Shown: positions 1-11,210 of the stretch, one piece after another | How the letters are laid out: each line of letters starts with the position of its first letter | How positions within the stretch are numbered: the first letter of the stretch is position 1 | NCBI GenBank assembly: GCA_030390025.1 | Contig: CM059438.1 | Coordinates: 54,252,001 to 54,316,000 of the forward strand | Length of the DNA: 64,000 nt | Source: Squalus acanthias | Taxonomy: Eukaryota | Reading direction: 5' to 3' | Position numbers and translations under genes: made by a program | Notes under the pieces: generated by a model | The model's database searches: none | The model's input: only the letters and a program-made list of their open reading frames with translations | Told to the model about the DNA's origin: nothing

Positions 1-810
1 AATCGGCCCACCAATCAGGCTGACTGTCAATCGGCCCACCAATCAGGCTGACTGTCAATCGGCCCACCAATCAGGCTGACTGTCAATCGGCCCACCAATC
101 AGGCTGACTGTCAATCGGCCCACCAATCAGCCAGACTGTCAATCGGCCCACCAATCAGGCTGACTGTCAATCGGCCCACCAATCAGGCAGACTGTCAATC
201 GGCCCGCCAATCAGGCTGACTGTCAATCAGCCCACCAATCAGGCAGACTGTCAATCGGCCCACCAATCAGGCTGACTGTCAATCGGCCCACCAATCAGGC
301 AGACTGTCAATCGGCCCACCAATCAGCCAGACTGTCAATCGGCCCACCAATCAGGCTGACTGTCAATCGGCCCACCAATCAGGCTGACTGTCAATCGGCC
401 CACCAATCAGGCAGACTGTCAATCGGCCCACCAATCAGGCAGACTGTCAATCGGCCCACCAATCAGGTTGACTGTCAATCGGCCCACCAATCAGGCAGAC
501 TGTCAATCGGCCCACCAATCAGGCAGACTGTCAATCGGCCCACCAATCAGGCAGACTGTCAATCGGCCCACCAATCAGGCTGACTGTCAATCAGCCCACC
601 AATCAGGTTGACTGTCAATCGGCCCACCAATCAGGCAGACTGTCAATCGGCCCACCAATCAGGCAGACTGTCAATCGGCCCACCAATCAGGCTGACTGTC
701 AATCAGCCCACCAATCAGGTTGACTGTCAATCGGCCCACCAATCAGGCTGACTGTCAATCAGCCCACCAATCAGGTTGACTGTCAATCGGCCCGCCAATC
801 AGGCTGACTG
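1..810. repeat. 28-bp minisatellite (AATCGGCCCACCAATCAGGCTGACTGTC), ~29 copies, open at the window edge
   Basis: Unit recurs at 1, 29, 57 and onward; variants GGCAGA, GGTTGA and AATCAG. Confidence 0.97.
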
Positions 811-904
811 TTGGGCGGCAAACCTGGAGAAAAAATTTACTTCCGGGTTTCCCATCCATAACTCCTCCTCCCCGCTCCAAACACGTGGCCCGGTAAATAC
901 TGGG

Positions 905-1235
905 GGCGAGCACTTCAGGGGCCCAGCCATGAAAATAAAACTGCTGGCCTCACACAGCAGTTATACTGGGTATTGGAAGGCCTGCGAAGGAGATTCAGCA
1001 CCATGGCCGAGAGTGGGGAGGAGTCCGCAGCCAGCCTCCGTGGTATCAGCACTCTGCAGTCTACCTGGGAGACTGTGCTCAAGACCAGGGATGCTGCAGC
1101 CAGGCACTCACAGCACCAGTCAGTGTCACCAGCCTTTGCAGCTTTGGTGGAAGCACAAATGGAGACTCTGGGCTTCAGCCTGTACTCGACCTCGGAGAGA
1201 CAGACACCCACTTCAGAGAGACAGGGTGGTCTGCA
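905..1235 (+). pseudogene. Possible decayed fragment of the C-terminal coiled-coil region of a Harbinger Myb/SANT protein
   Basis: FRGPAMKIKLLASH...LEGLRRRFSTMAESGEESAASL (frameshifted) loosely parallels GMHTELMGAVGRVPECIESLARSVE (~16430-16500) and LGPSIRSPVLELQ...MEESIANM (~8960-9085). Confidence 0.35.
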
Positions 1236-1654
1236 CAGAATGGTTTTAAACCGTGTGTACTTAAACATAGCATTAAAGTTGGGAATTTGGAGAGAGTGAA
1301 AGTCTCTGGTTGTGTTTCTGCTGCTGCTGAGGAGAGAGGGTCTCTCTGAGAGAGGAAGAAGAAGTGTTTTCTACTACTGGTGCTATTACTACTGAGGTGC
1401 CTGGAGAGAGGAGAGGAGAAGTAAAAGAAACACCAGAACGGAGCAATTCTCCATTGCTCCCTATTTTGGGAGAGGGAGAGAGGGGAGGAAGAGACGACCA
1501 TCACAACAGAAAGAACATCATCTGTTTGGAAGGAGGGAGAGCCAAACCAACCTTGAACAACAACAGGCGGGTGTTTTGGTGCACTCTCCATAAAAGACTG
1601 TTACTTGCAGGTGGGGGGAGGAAAGAAGAAAAAGGTTGGAACATCGTGAGGGGG

Positions 1655-1655
<1 letters not shown>

Positions 1656-1689
<34 letters not shown>
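1656..1689. repeat. (TG)17 microsatellite
   Basis: Direct reading. Confidence 0.95.
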
Positions 1690-1691
<2 letters not shown>

Positions 1692-2203
1692 GGGGGGTTT
1701 TGTAAAAACTACCACACACACCACTAATAAATACCTCTCCCCCATTGCCTGGCCCGGGACTACTGGAGCTGCCTGGATGAAGTCCCCTTTTCACATCGAT
1801 AAGACCTGGTGGAGGATTGTGCCTGGGCATTTCCAGCTGTCCCAGGTGAAGACATCTTCTACCCACATCAGAAAAACATCGTAATAGACTTTGCGCAATT
1901 CCATTGCAGAGTGCACCCCTGCAAGCACCCACCCACCATCGTGAGTGCCGACCCCGCCCCTGCGGCCTCTCTCCTCCTCCCCACCCCCGGCTCTCTCTCT
2001 CTCTCTGAGAGGCACCTCTATTTTCTATTTTAATATTGAGCAGCGGGGAAAAGGCCCCTCTCCCATCATAACAACAAAAGGGAGAGGTGGGTTTTCATTT
2101 AAATATCCCCTCTGCTCATAGAACAAACAAACAAGGCCTAAATTAAGAACATAAGGCCTGGGATTTGGGGTGAGTGTAGCTCTTAAAGGGACAACACCCT
2201 GAT

Positions 2204-3025
2204 ATGGCGACTCCATCTTCGCCGGTGGCGGGGCCAGCAAGGACGTACGCGGGCGTGGCAGCCACAGCTGCTCCTGTTGCCCCATCACCTTTCCGACTAA
2301 TAACCAAAAAAAATGAGGTCAAGAGCTACACTCACCCCAACATGACCATTGAGGTGTGCATGAAAGCCATGGCTGGGGTTGTCGGCCCCTCGGCCATTGT
2401 TGCAGCTTTGAAAATGTACGGGAAGGCTGTGTTGTTCCTGGGGTCGGAGTGGGCGGTGTTCCTGGCCCTCGGGAGGGTGTGAGAGGTACGTCTCTCCAGC
2501 CTGTGCCTCCCGGGGATGGGGGGGGCACTAATATCACACCACAACCGTCACTCGTCGCCGGGCCGAGCATCCTGGGTGCTGAGGTGGGCGAGGCCGATGA
2601 AGCTGAGCTCACCCAGACACACCCTGGTATCTCCCAGGAACTGCTCGACTTGGTGGAGAATTTTAATAAAAACACCCAGCCCACTGGGTCGGTGGCTGGT
2701 GGCGGGGAAGGGGAGGGCCCCCTAACTCCATCTCTGACGCTGGTGCCGGGTGTGATGGAGGAACTGGGAATAGTGTTCTCCCCGGTTTCTCCATACGCCC
2801 CAGCGCCTGAGGCAGAGGGGGACCCTGAACTGCCGCCGCCTCCTGGCCCGGCACCCCTGGAGGATCCCAGTGAGGACTCCTCAGCCGTCGATCCTGGGGG
2901 TGGGATCGGGACAGAGGTAGGGCCGGCTAGTGCGGCCGAGCTGTTCGCTGCACCCTGTGTGATTGACGGGTCGGCCGCTGGCGATGACCACCTGGAGGAG
3001 GACAGGGGCTCAGTGGAAGGCACAG
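2204..3025 (+). pseudogene. Tx1/L1-clade LINE ORF1 fragment, internally deleted; the 5' UTR probably extends upstream
   Basis: MATPSSPVAGPARTYAGVAA...KAMAGVVGPSAIVAALKMYGKAVLFL resembles the Tx1 ORF1 N-terminus (TYA motif; VG..aIv.AS+M..KaV.Fl). It then jumps to a Pro/Glu-rich region in another frame; no ORF2 follows. Confidence 0.6.
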
Positions 3026-3029
3026 GGGA

Positions 3030-3740
3030 TGCCTCCAACATTGCACAAGGCTCTGCGCACACCATGGAGCCCATCATTTCCAGTCCGCAAAAGATGGTGG
3101 ACTCCCAGAGAGACCGTGGCGACCCAGACCTGATGCCGCATGTGATGGGCGATCTGGCAGCTTCCATTGCAGCACAGGCGGAAGCGACACAACGTCTTAG
3201 TGCTGCAATGCAGTCTATGCTTGGTGGCCATCCAATCTCAGACTGCTCTCATGCAGTCTCAGCTTGATGCCACTCAAGCTCTGACTGCTGCCATTGTGGC
3301 TGGGTCTACCACCATCGACCGGGCTTTCACGGTGTCACATCAGGCCAGCAGTCTGTGCTCTAACAGATTGCTAGGGATGCTGAGGTGCTGCCCCAGGGGA
3401 GTGGCAGTGGGTCAGTGGAGCAGGAATCTACTGTCCCGTCTCAGGATGACAGCATTCCTGTTCCCACCACTGGCACTCCGCCATTGCCCTTGTCGCTGCC
3501 TGTCATCCAGCCAGCCCAGACTGCTGCTGCCCATGCTGAGGTGGTGCAGTCTACAGCCGGGCCTTCCAGGCCCAGAGCTGGTTGAGGGCAACCTGCAAGG
3601 CCATCTGAAGTCTCCTGCACGGACACTCAGCAGCCCTCCACCAGCCCTGCTGCAGCCTCTGGGCCAACACTTCATAGGACCACTAGAGTAGGCAAAGGCA
3701 CAGTAACAAGAGGTATTAAGGGATTGCACAAGGGTGAATA
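3030..3740 (+). pseudogene. Harbinger A Myb/SANT gene, 3' part (frameshifted)
   Basis: AQAEATQRLSAAMQS, SQLDATQALTAA, DDSIP and QTAAAHAEVVQSTAGPSRPR match 16510-16910. Confidence 0.85.
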
Positions 3741-3905
3741 GTTAATATTGTTGTTGTAAATATGTGTTCACTGATTTTTGATGAATTTATTAATTCAGTT
3801 GGATTCTTTTGTGGTGTGTCTCATTTCAGCTTTGCGCTGTGATGTGGCCTGTGACAGAGATAGAATGATGGGGATGTGGTGAGCAACGGGGATCTGGGGT
3901 TTAAT

Positions 3906-4511
3906 TTATTCGAACTGCAGTCTGATGAGGCGATCACAGACCGCCCTTCCGGAAGGCCGATTGAGTGGCTGCCTCCTCCCTCGCTCCTGTTCCTCCTCTT
4001 CCTCGTCCTCCTCATCTTCCTCTTCCTCCTCCTCCTCCTCTCCCTCTTCCTCCTCCTGAGGTGGTACCACAATCCCTGGTGGCAAGGGCTGGGCCCTCAT
4101 GATGGCCAGGTTGTGGAGCATGCAGCAGACCACCACGAAATGGGACACCCGCTCAACCAAGTACGGGAGGGCTCCTCCCAAGTGGTCAAGGCAGCGGAAC
4201 CGTTGCTTCAGTAGCCCGATGGTCTGCTCGATGATGTTCCTGGTGGAAGCATGGCTCTCATTATATGAGTGCTGGGCATGAGTGGCGGGGTTGTGGAGGG
4301 GAGTCATGAGCCAGGTGCTGAGTGGATTGCCCTTGTCTCCGAGCAGTCACCCTCGGGTTTGATGTGGTGGCTGGAAGATTGCTGGCACACCGGACTGACG
4401 CAGGATGAGGGCATCGTGGCTGCTGCCAAGATAGCGGGCATTGACATTGAGGATTAATTGTCTGTGGTCGCACACCAACTGCACATGAAGTGAGTGGTAG
4501 CCTTTGTGGTT
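3906..4511 (-). pseudogene. Harbinger A DDE transposase (HARBI1-like), C-terminal half
   Basis: KGYHSLHVQLVCDH, GSSHDALIL, LLGDKG and [26 protein letters not shown]. In-frame TGA at 4347-4349; the first catalytic motif (IDxTH) is absent. Confidence 0.92.
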
Positions 4512-5316
4512 GTCCTCAGGGACAGGCTGCTCAGGTGCTTGCTGATTATCTGAAAGCATGAAGGTACAAAAGTTGGGTTAAGGTGAGGGGAGGGGAGCAG
4601 GAAGGGAGAAATGCTTGCATACAGCATGATGAGCTGGAAAGTGTAAAACGCTTGTGGGGTGAGGGGGAAGTGTGATGTGAGAAGAAGGAGTAGGGATGAA
4701 GATACCGTTATTGTCCCCAAGGGGGGTCAACGTTGCCGGTGGCCCCACCACCTGGCGCCCAATAATGTGCAGCACTCGATTCTCCAGCGCAGACAGTGGT
4801 TCGGTGTTGGCTTGTCCCCCTCCTGTGCGCTCCTGCTCCCTCCTGTTGTGAGCCACCTTGGCCTGAAAGAGAAAGGAAAGTGTGTGAGTGAGTGTGGAGC
4901 AATGTGTTTGGATGATGTGCCTGCCATAGTTGAATGGCTGTCATTGTGTGCAGGTGTGAGATGTGGGTGTGAGTGTTGGTAGGTAGAGATTGTTGGTGGG
5001 TGAGTGCTGGGGGTGTGGTGCTTTGGGCAGTGTGTGAAGACTGGTTCAGATGGTGGTATGTATCATTTATTGAAGCATTCACTCACCCTGACCACCCGAG
5101 TGAGGTCGTTAAATTTCTTCCGGCACTGTGTGTGGGTCCTGGGGATCACAGTGCTGCCCGAGATGTGCTGCGCTACCTCCCTCCATATGGTGCGGAAGAC
5201 TTGCGGCGAGGGCCTCCTGCCACTTGCCGAGTCCGTCTCTCCACAGTGAACACCAATGTCTCTAATACTTGATCGCTGAATCTGCGGGCTCTCTCCCTGG
5301 GGCATGGATCTGCCAT
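4512..5316 (-). pseudogene. Harbinger A Myb/SANT gene, 5' exons (5316-5087, 4862-4706, 4549-4512)
   Basis: RERARRFSD...WREVAQHIS...RTHTQCRKKFNDLTRVVR|GTGAGT, then exon 2 AKVAHNRREQERTGGG. Splice sites sit at the same positions as in Harbinger C; exon 1 has a frameshifting deletion. Confidence 0.88.
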
Positions 5317-5988
5317 GAGTACAACTGCTTCACTCCTCCGGCACCTTCTCCTTGTCTTGCTTCTGCTTATGAGGTAGCTGCGCAGCCAGCAATGCTGAGA
5401 ATGAGGTTCTGCAGCATCAATGAACCTCCCCTTTAAGAACAGGAAAAAGCCTGTGGCAATCATGACTTGCGATTAGACTGCACCTGATATTGGTCCACCC
5501 TTTGAGTATAACGCCAATGAGCTTGGGCTTAAAACCGTGAATTAGTGCTCCAATCATTTCTTTGAGCAGTGAGCATGAATTTTGCGTGCTGTCTAAAGCA
5601 TTAGCGCCTGGCGCTAATTCTCCAACTTTTCTAATTTTACCGCCCATTCCTGGGCTATAATGAATTTCTAGCCCAGGGAGTTTAACGGTAATAGTGCATC
5701 AGTGAATAAGGTGAAAGCAGGGAATAATGGTAAAAAGTTAAAATTAAAGGCTGTTTATCTGAATCGTAACAAGTGACCTACAAGAAATGAAACCAGCCTA
5801 AATATAAATGAAACAGGAAAGGAGAGCATAGGAAAGACTAAACTAAGGGAGGACATAGATGGCCATGGAATAAATAGAGTTGTAGAACAGGAGTGTAAAA
5901 AATTGGTTAAAAATAAAGTGAGAAGAACTGCTATTAAAAATGAGTTAAACTGTCTGTACAGCAATGCACACAGTGTCTGTAATAAAAC

Positions 5989-6198
5989 CATGATGCGGAG
6001 ATGCCGGTGTTGGACTGGGGTGGACAAAAGTGAGAAGTCGCACAACACCAGGTTATAGTCCAACAGTTTTATTTGAAATCACAAGCTTTCGGAGCTGCTG
6101 CCCCTTCGTCAGGTGAAGGGGCAGCAGCTCCGAAAGCTTGTGATTTCAAATAAAACTGTTGGACTATAACCTGGTGTTGTGCGACTTCTCACTTTTGT
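5989..6198 (-). mobile_element. Short Penelope-like insertion: pseudo-LTR plus an inverted copy (perfect 84-bp inverted repeat)
   Basis: Arms 6024-6107 and 6115-6198 are exact reverse complements. Target duplication TGTAATAAAAC at 5978-5988 and 6196-6206. The same sequence ends the GIY-YIG element at 11211-11300. Confidence 0.9.
6079..6116 (-). ncRNA. Minimal type I hammerhead ribozyme (Penelope pLTR)
   Basis: Minus strand reads UCAC-CUGACGA-A-GGGGC-agca-GCUCC-GAAA-GC-UU-GUGA: CUGANGA and GAAA cores, stem II and a 4-bp stem I. Confidence 0.8.
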
Positions 6199-7739
6199 AA
6201 TAAAACAGCAGAACTGGAGGCAATAATACGTTGTGAGGAACCAGATATAGTAGGGATTACTGAGACATGGCTACAGAAAAATCAGGACCAGAAATTAAAC
6301 ATTGCAGGTTACAACATATTTAGAAAAGATAGAGAGGGAAAAGGGGAGGTGGAGTAACTGTACTTATTAGAGATAACATAATGACAGTAGAAAAAAGTGA
6401 CGCAGCTATCAGTAAGACAGAAATAGAATCCATGTGGATAGAGATAAAAGATAATAAAGGATTAATCACACTAATAGGTGTAGTCTACAGACCACCCAAT
6501 AATGGAAGGGAGATGGAGGAAGAAATATGCAAACAAATTAGAGAAATTAGTAAAAAACATAGAATAATAATCATGGGGGAATTTCAACTTCCCCTAAATT
6601 AATTGGCCAGAAGAGGCAGTTAAAGGGGTTAAGGGAATGGAGTTCCTACAATGTGTACAGGAGTCCTTTCTAACCCAATATGTAAGAAGCCCAAAAAGAT
6701 AGGATTCGCTACTGGATCTAGTAATGGGAAATGAACCAGAGCAGATAAGAGAAATAAAAGTAGTGGAACATCTAGGCAATAGTGACCATAATATAATGCG
6801 CTTTATGATAATAATTGAGAAGGACATAAGTATGATGAAGACCAGGGTAATAGATTGGAGAAAAGCCAATTTTTGAGGGGCTGAGAATAGAACTTGGAAA
6901 ATAAAATGGGCAACAATATTGGTAAACAATGATGTAGAACAGCAATGGGAAACATTTAAAACAGTGTTCAACAGAGTCCAGGAAAAATATATTCTGCTAA
7001 AAAACAAGAACAAGCTAAACACTAATGAAACACCATAGACGAATAAAGACATAAGGGAAAAATTGAGGGTAAGGAAAGAGGCATACACTAAGTACATGGA
7101 CAGCAGGGGAGAGCATGACAATGGAAAATACGAAGAGATTAGGAGAGAAGTCAAAAAACAATTAGGAAGGCAAAGACGAACTATGAAATTGAATTATCAA
7201 GGAACATAAAACAAAATAGTAAAATATTCTACAGGCACATAAAAGGAAAGTCGGGATGGGAATAGGGCCACTAAGGGACGGTCAGGATAAAATCTCAGGC
7301 AGCGATAAAGAAATAGCAGAAATATTAAATAATTACTTTGCTTTAGTATTTACCAAGGAGACAGATCAGATGGACATGACATCGGAAGATGAGATTAGAA
7401 ATTATATAACTGCATTTAAAATAAAGAGGAGAAATGTTAAATAAACTAATCAAACTCAAAAAGGATAAAACCCCTGGACAGAGTGGGCTGGATTTTGATT
7501 CAGGGGCGGGTTGGGGTCGTGTAATCCGCATTTCGTGTTAGCCACCCAAATCTAAATCGATGTGGGAGATTGATGCGATTTTAACATAATTGGCCAATTG
7601 AGTTCCAACGTGTGGGAACCCATGGCCAGTGAGTTTTTCCAGTCTGAAAGTCGCTTCCGATGACGTCATCATTGCTGCAGCATTTAAGGTCTGCAACAAG
7701 CCTTGCTTCCTCTGCAGACTGCCAAGCTTCTGCCTTTGC

Positions 7740-9730
7740 ATGTTAGAGGCACCTGCAGGAAGAGTGGCCAGCCAGAGACCTAGGTCTGCACCTCGATTTG
7801 ATGACGTCGCCCTGCAAGCTTTAATTGAGGGAGCCAGAGCTAATAAGGAGGTGCTCTTCCCTTCTTCAGGGAGGAAGAAGCCTTCCCATCAAACCAAGGC
7901 TGTGTGGATCCAGGTGGCAAAGGAGGTCAACTCGTTGTCCATAACCCGCAGAACCTGGCTTCAGTGCAGGAAGAGGTTTCATGACCTGCTGTGCACTGGA
8001 AAAGTGAGTATGAATTTCCCATCACCCTCATTCTGATCCCCATTGCCTCTCCTCACCAGCACTCAGCTTTGACAACCTCTTCCTCCACATCCCACTTGAC
8101 ACTGACATCCCTGCACCCTTACCCATTCCCTCTCTCTGTATGGTCACATTCACCTAACTATTCGACTATGCAGCCCTCACACTCCCTATCGCTGGGATGC
8201 TATGAAAACAACTTGCAACACACAGGGAGGGCCCATGGTCTTGCCACCTCACTCCGAATTTGTCTCCTTCTAACCATCAATGATATAGATTCTCTACACT
8301 CACTCCTTCATTCTCACTCAAACTCCACTTGTCTCCCTCATTGCAGGAAAAGAGAGTTCACAATAAGAGGGAAAGAGTGAGGACAGAAGGAGGGCCACCC
8401 TCAGTAGCCCAGCTCACCACCTGGGAGGAGGCGGTCCTGGAGATCATGGGAGTGGAGGAGGATGCGCAAGTGGGGGACGGACAGACGGGTGCATCAGAGC
8501 AAGCTGGTGACAGAATAGTTTATCATCTCTCTCATTGACATTGCATGAGTCACTGATAATGATTCTGATGCTCCAGCTGACTGACTTATGATCATCTGCA
8601 ATATGCAATGTGCATGTAACCTTGGACTCACATCTTTGACTCTTTCCATTACTCCCCCCCCAGGACCATCGCGAGCAGCCGTCCCCACCGTCCAGGAGGA
8701 AGAGCATGAGCCTCACCACTCCTCAGAGGAAGCTGCAACCTCTGAGGTTGCCGCGTCAGCAGAATTTAGCGCACCCAGCACCAGCGCAGACACTCACACC
8801 TCAGAGGGAACATCGCGAGATAGAGTAGTGTTGTCACCTGGTGTATCACAGCTCACAAGTGAGCATCAGCAGATAGTGGAGACAGGGACAGCAGTGGAGA
8901 GTCCTAGTCGGAGGGCGCAGGACTCTCCTAGCTCGGCTCAGCTGCATGTTGACCCTCTGCCTCTGGGTCCATCCATAAGATCACCGGTGCTGGAACTCCA
9001 GGAACAGATGCAGGAGTCTCTGGCAGGTTTTGTCTCCAGGGTCGCTGCGAGTGTGGAGCGAATGGAGGAGTCCATAGCGAACATGAGCAGAGCCTTTGTG
9101 GAGTAATTGGCGCATGAACGCATCACCACGGAAAGGATGGCAACCTCCGTGGAAAGGATGGCTACAGCAGAGGAGAGGATGGCTACGGCTATGGAGGAGA
9201 TAAGTCGCCAGAGTGTAGAAAACATGGTCATTGTTCAGAATAGACTGGCATCTCTTGAGGAGCGATGGTCATCTATTGAACACAGAAACCAAACCTTCAT
9301 GGAAGTCCTTCTGAGTAGGACTTCCAGTGCAGATACGGGTCCCCATGGCCCCCCTGATGTGCAGCAAGGTGCTTTCAATCCACTTGCAAGCGCTGAGGTG
9401 GGGCTGACCCATGAGAGGGATGTTGGTGGCAGACAACAAGGAAGTGGGGACTCCTCTTCAAGCGCTCACACGACCAAGCCACTGTAAAGCCCTCGGTCAG
9501 AGCCCCACCAGAGTCCTCACCCAACTGAGATGGGCGTCTCAACCCCTGCACAGCTGCAGGAGCAGCAGACTGTTGCCGAGCCCTCACAGGCTCGCAACCC
9601 CAGAGGACGCCCGCCAAAGGTGTCGAGGCAGGAGCAGCATGAAAGTGAGCAAGGGGCCTCCACATCTGCTGAAGCCACAGGGGAAGCACCACGTAGGAGC
9701 ATGCGTAAAAGAAAAATAATGCACAAGTAG
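7740..9730 (+). pseudogene. Harbinger B Myb/SANT gene (exons 7740-8003, 8347-8506, 8664-9730) with two nonsense codons
   Basis: APRFDDVALQALI...W.QVAKEV...RTWLQCRKRFHDL. GT-AG introns of phase 0 and 1 preserve the frame; in-frame TAA at 9104 and 9485; C-terminus has PRGRPPK and RRSMRKRK. Confidence 0.88.
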
Positions 9731-9989
9731 TCACAAGGGTAGTCACTTGGGTGTAATGTTGTGTTTAATCTTGAAATGCCAGCACTTGCTTGGTGTGATT
9801 AAAAATTCTGCTGGCAAACTGCTGAAGTTGTGGCGTCTGTCATTTCGCAAATGGGACTTCCACATTGAGGGCTTAGGATGACTTGCAATTGTCAGTATGG
9901 TGGTCAGAGTGATAGGAATCCGCAGGTTCCTGGCCATTGTCGATGGTCTGATAAGAAGGTGCGAGGCAAAAGTGTTTGATTGTGCAGGC

Positions 9990-10211
9990 TAAGCAAATCT
10001 GGTCAAGTGCGTCCCTTGCATCTCGGGCAGCAATGTGGTCACCGCGCTGGCGCCTTCTGGCCTGTGCAGCTTCAGGTGGGTGAGGAGCAGCTTGGCACTC
10101 CTGTTGATGCTGCTGCTGCTGGTGGTGCTGTTGTTCATGGTTCTGCTGCTGCCACGGCTGGTCTTCGTCCGAATCTGATGTCCAGGAGGAAAGGAAATAA
10201 ATGGTTCCCAT
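9990..10211 (-). pseudogene. Harbinger B transposase remnant with the catalytic domain deleted
   Basis: Occupies the convergent transposase position. An N-terminal-like MGTIYFL..SDSDED is joined to a C-terminal-like AARDARDAL (compare TARAVRQRL in element C); no DDE motifs. Confidence 0.55.
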
Positions 10212-11210
10212 GCTTCTGGTATATGCCTCAGTTAAGGAAGCGCTCAGTCAAGGTGGCAAGGGGGGTTTCCCAGGAGGTCACACTGGAGATGGGTGTCAGG
10301 CTCCAAACTTCCACAGCTGTGGTTATGCCATATAAAAGTTCCCCCAGACCTCAGACAACAAAGTCCTGCCAACTGCAAATGATGGCTGATCACATCTCCT
10401 ATTTCATGGTTGAGCTGCAGCTGATAGTCAGCAATCCAAATGTGCTACCGCCAAGTTTCACATTCGTGGTTTAGAACAGGCGTGCTTCATGTGGAAAAAG
10501 GGTTAAAATCACAAAGGCCTTTCAAAATGGCATTCTAGAGGCAATTTAGTGCTGGTTAAGGGCCTTAACGGCCTATCCCGCCTCTTGGAGGCGGGACGGA
10601 GTCGGGACCAGCAGACATGATTTAATGAAAATTGCGTGGAGGCGGGATGGAGGCGGGCTTGTGGCCACCTGCCAGTTTTCGCAATTTTAACCCCCCACAC
10701 GCCTCCAAACCCGCCTCCACGGGTCAATGAAAATTCTACCCATTATATCTGCGCATTTTAAAAGAATCTAGGGAAGAGATAGCAGAGGCACTATTACACG
10801 TTTAATAATTCATTAGAAAAAGGTGTAGTGCCAGAGGACTGGCGGATAGCTAACGTAATACCAATATTTAAGAAGGGAGATAGAACATGACCAGGGAACT
10901 GTAGACCAGTCAGCTTAACATCAGTAGTAGGAAAAATAATAGAATCCCTAATAAAGGAAAAAATAGAAGAACATCTAGAAACCAAAAATATAATAATGAA
11001 TAGTCAGCATGGATTTCAAAAGGGAAAGTCTTGCTTGATCAACCTCATTGAATTATTTGAAGAGGTAACAGAGAGCATAGACAAGGGTAATGCAGTAGAT
11101 GTAATTTATCTTGATTTCCAAAAGGCCTTCGATAAGGTACCACATAATAGACTAATGATAAGGTCAGAGACAAGTAGCAGAATGGATAGTGAGCTGTCTT
11201 CAAGACAGAA

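Larger units (their letters stand above)
3028..5674 (-). mobile_element. Harbinger A: rearranged PIF/Harbinger transposon with a single TIR
   Basis: Minus-strand terminus GGGCTAGAAATT at 5674. Contains Myb 5' exons (-), transposase 3' half (-) and Myb 3' part (+), all homologous to Harbinger C (14791-18758). Confidence 0.85.
7485..10741 (+). mobile_element. Harbinger B: non-autonomous PIF/Harbinger transposon (~3.26 kb)
   Basis: Left end GGGCTGGATTTT and right end AAAATTCTACCC form an imperfect TIR. Flanks AGT/ATT; CR1 coding sequence resumes across the element. Confidence 0.88.
5675..11210 (+). mobile_element. Old AT-rich CR1-type LINE (decayed APE + RT), interrupted by Penelope (5989-6198) and Harbinger B (7485-10741)
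   Basis: LNCLYSNA..., DIVGITETW, GVVYRPPN, LGNSDH, DKTPG | YLRILKE...EDWRIANV, QHGFQKGKSC and YLDFQKAFDKVPH; many stops. Confidence 0.92.

Noticed and set aside
2356..3267. 303-aa ORF as a real gene
   Set aside because: Chimeric read-through of Tx1 ORF1 debris into Harbinger Myb debris.
6024..6198. pre-miRNA or MITE
   Set aside because: The arms are Penelope pLTR sequence, also found at 11211-11300, and the extra 35-bp tail on one side is not compatible with terminal inverted repeats.
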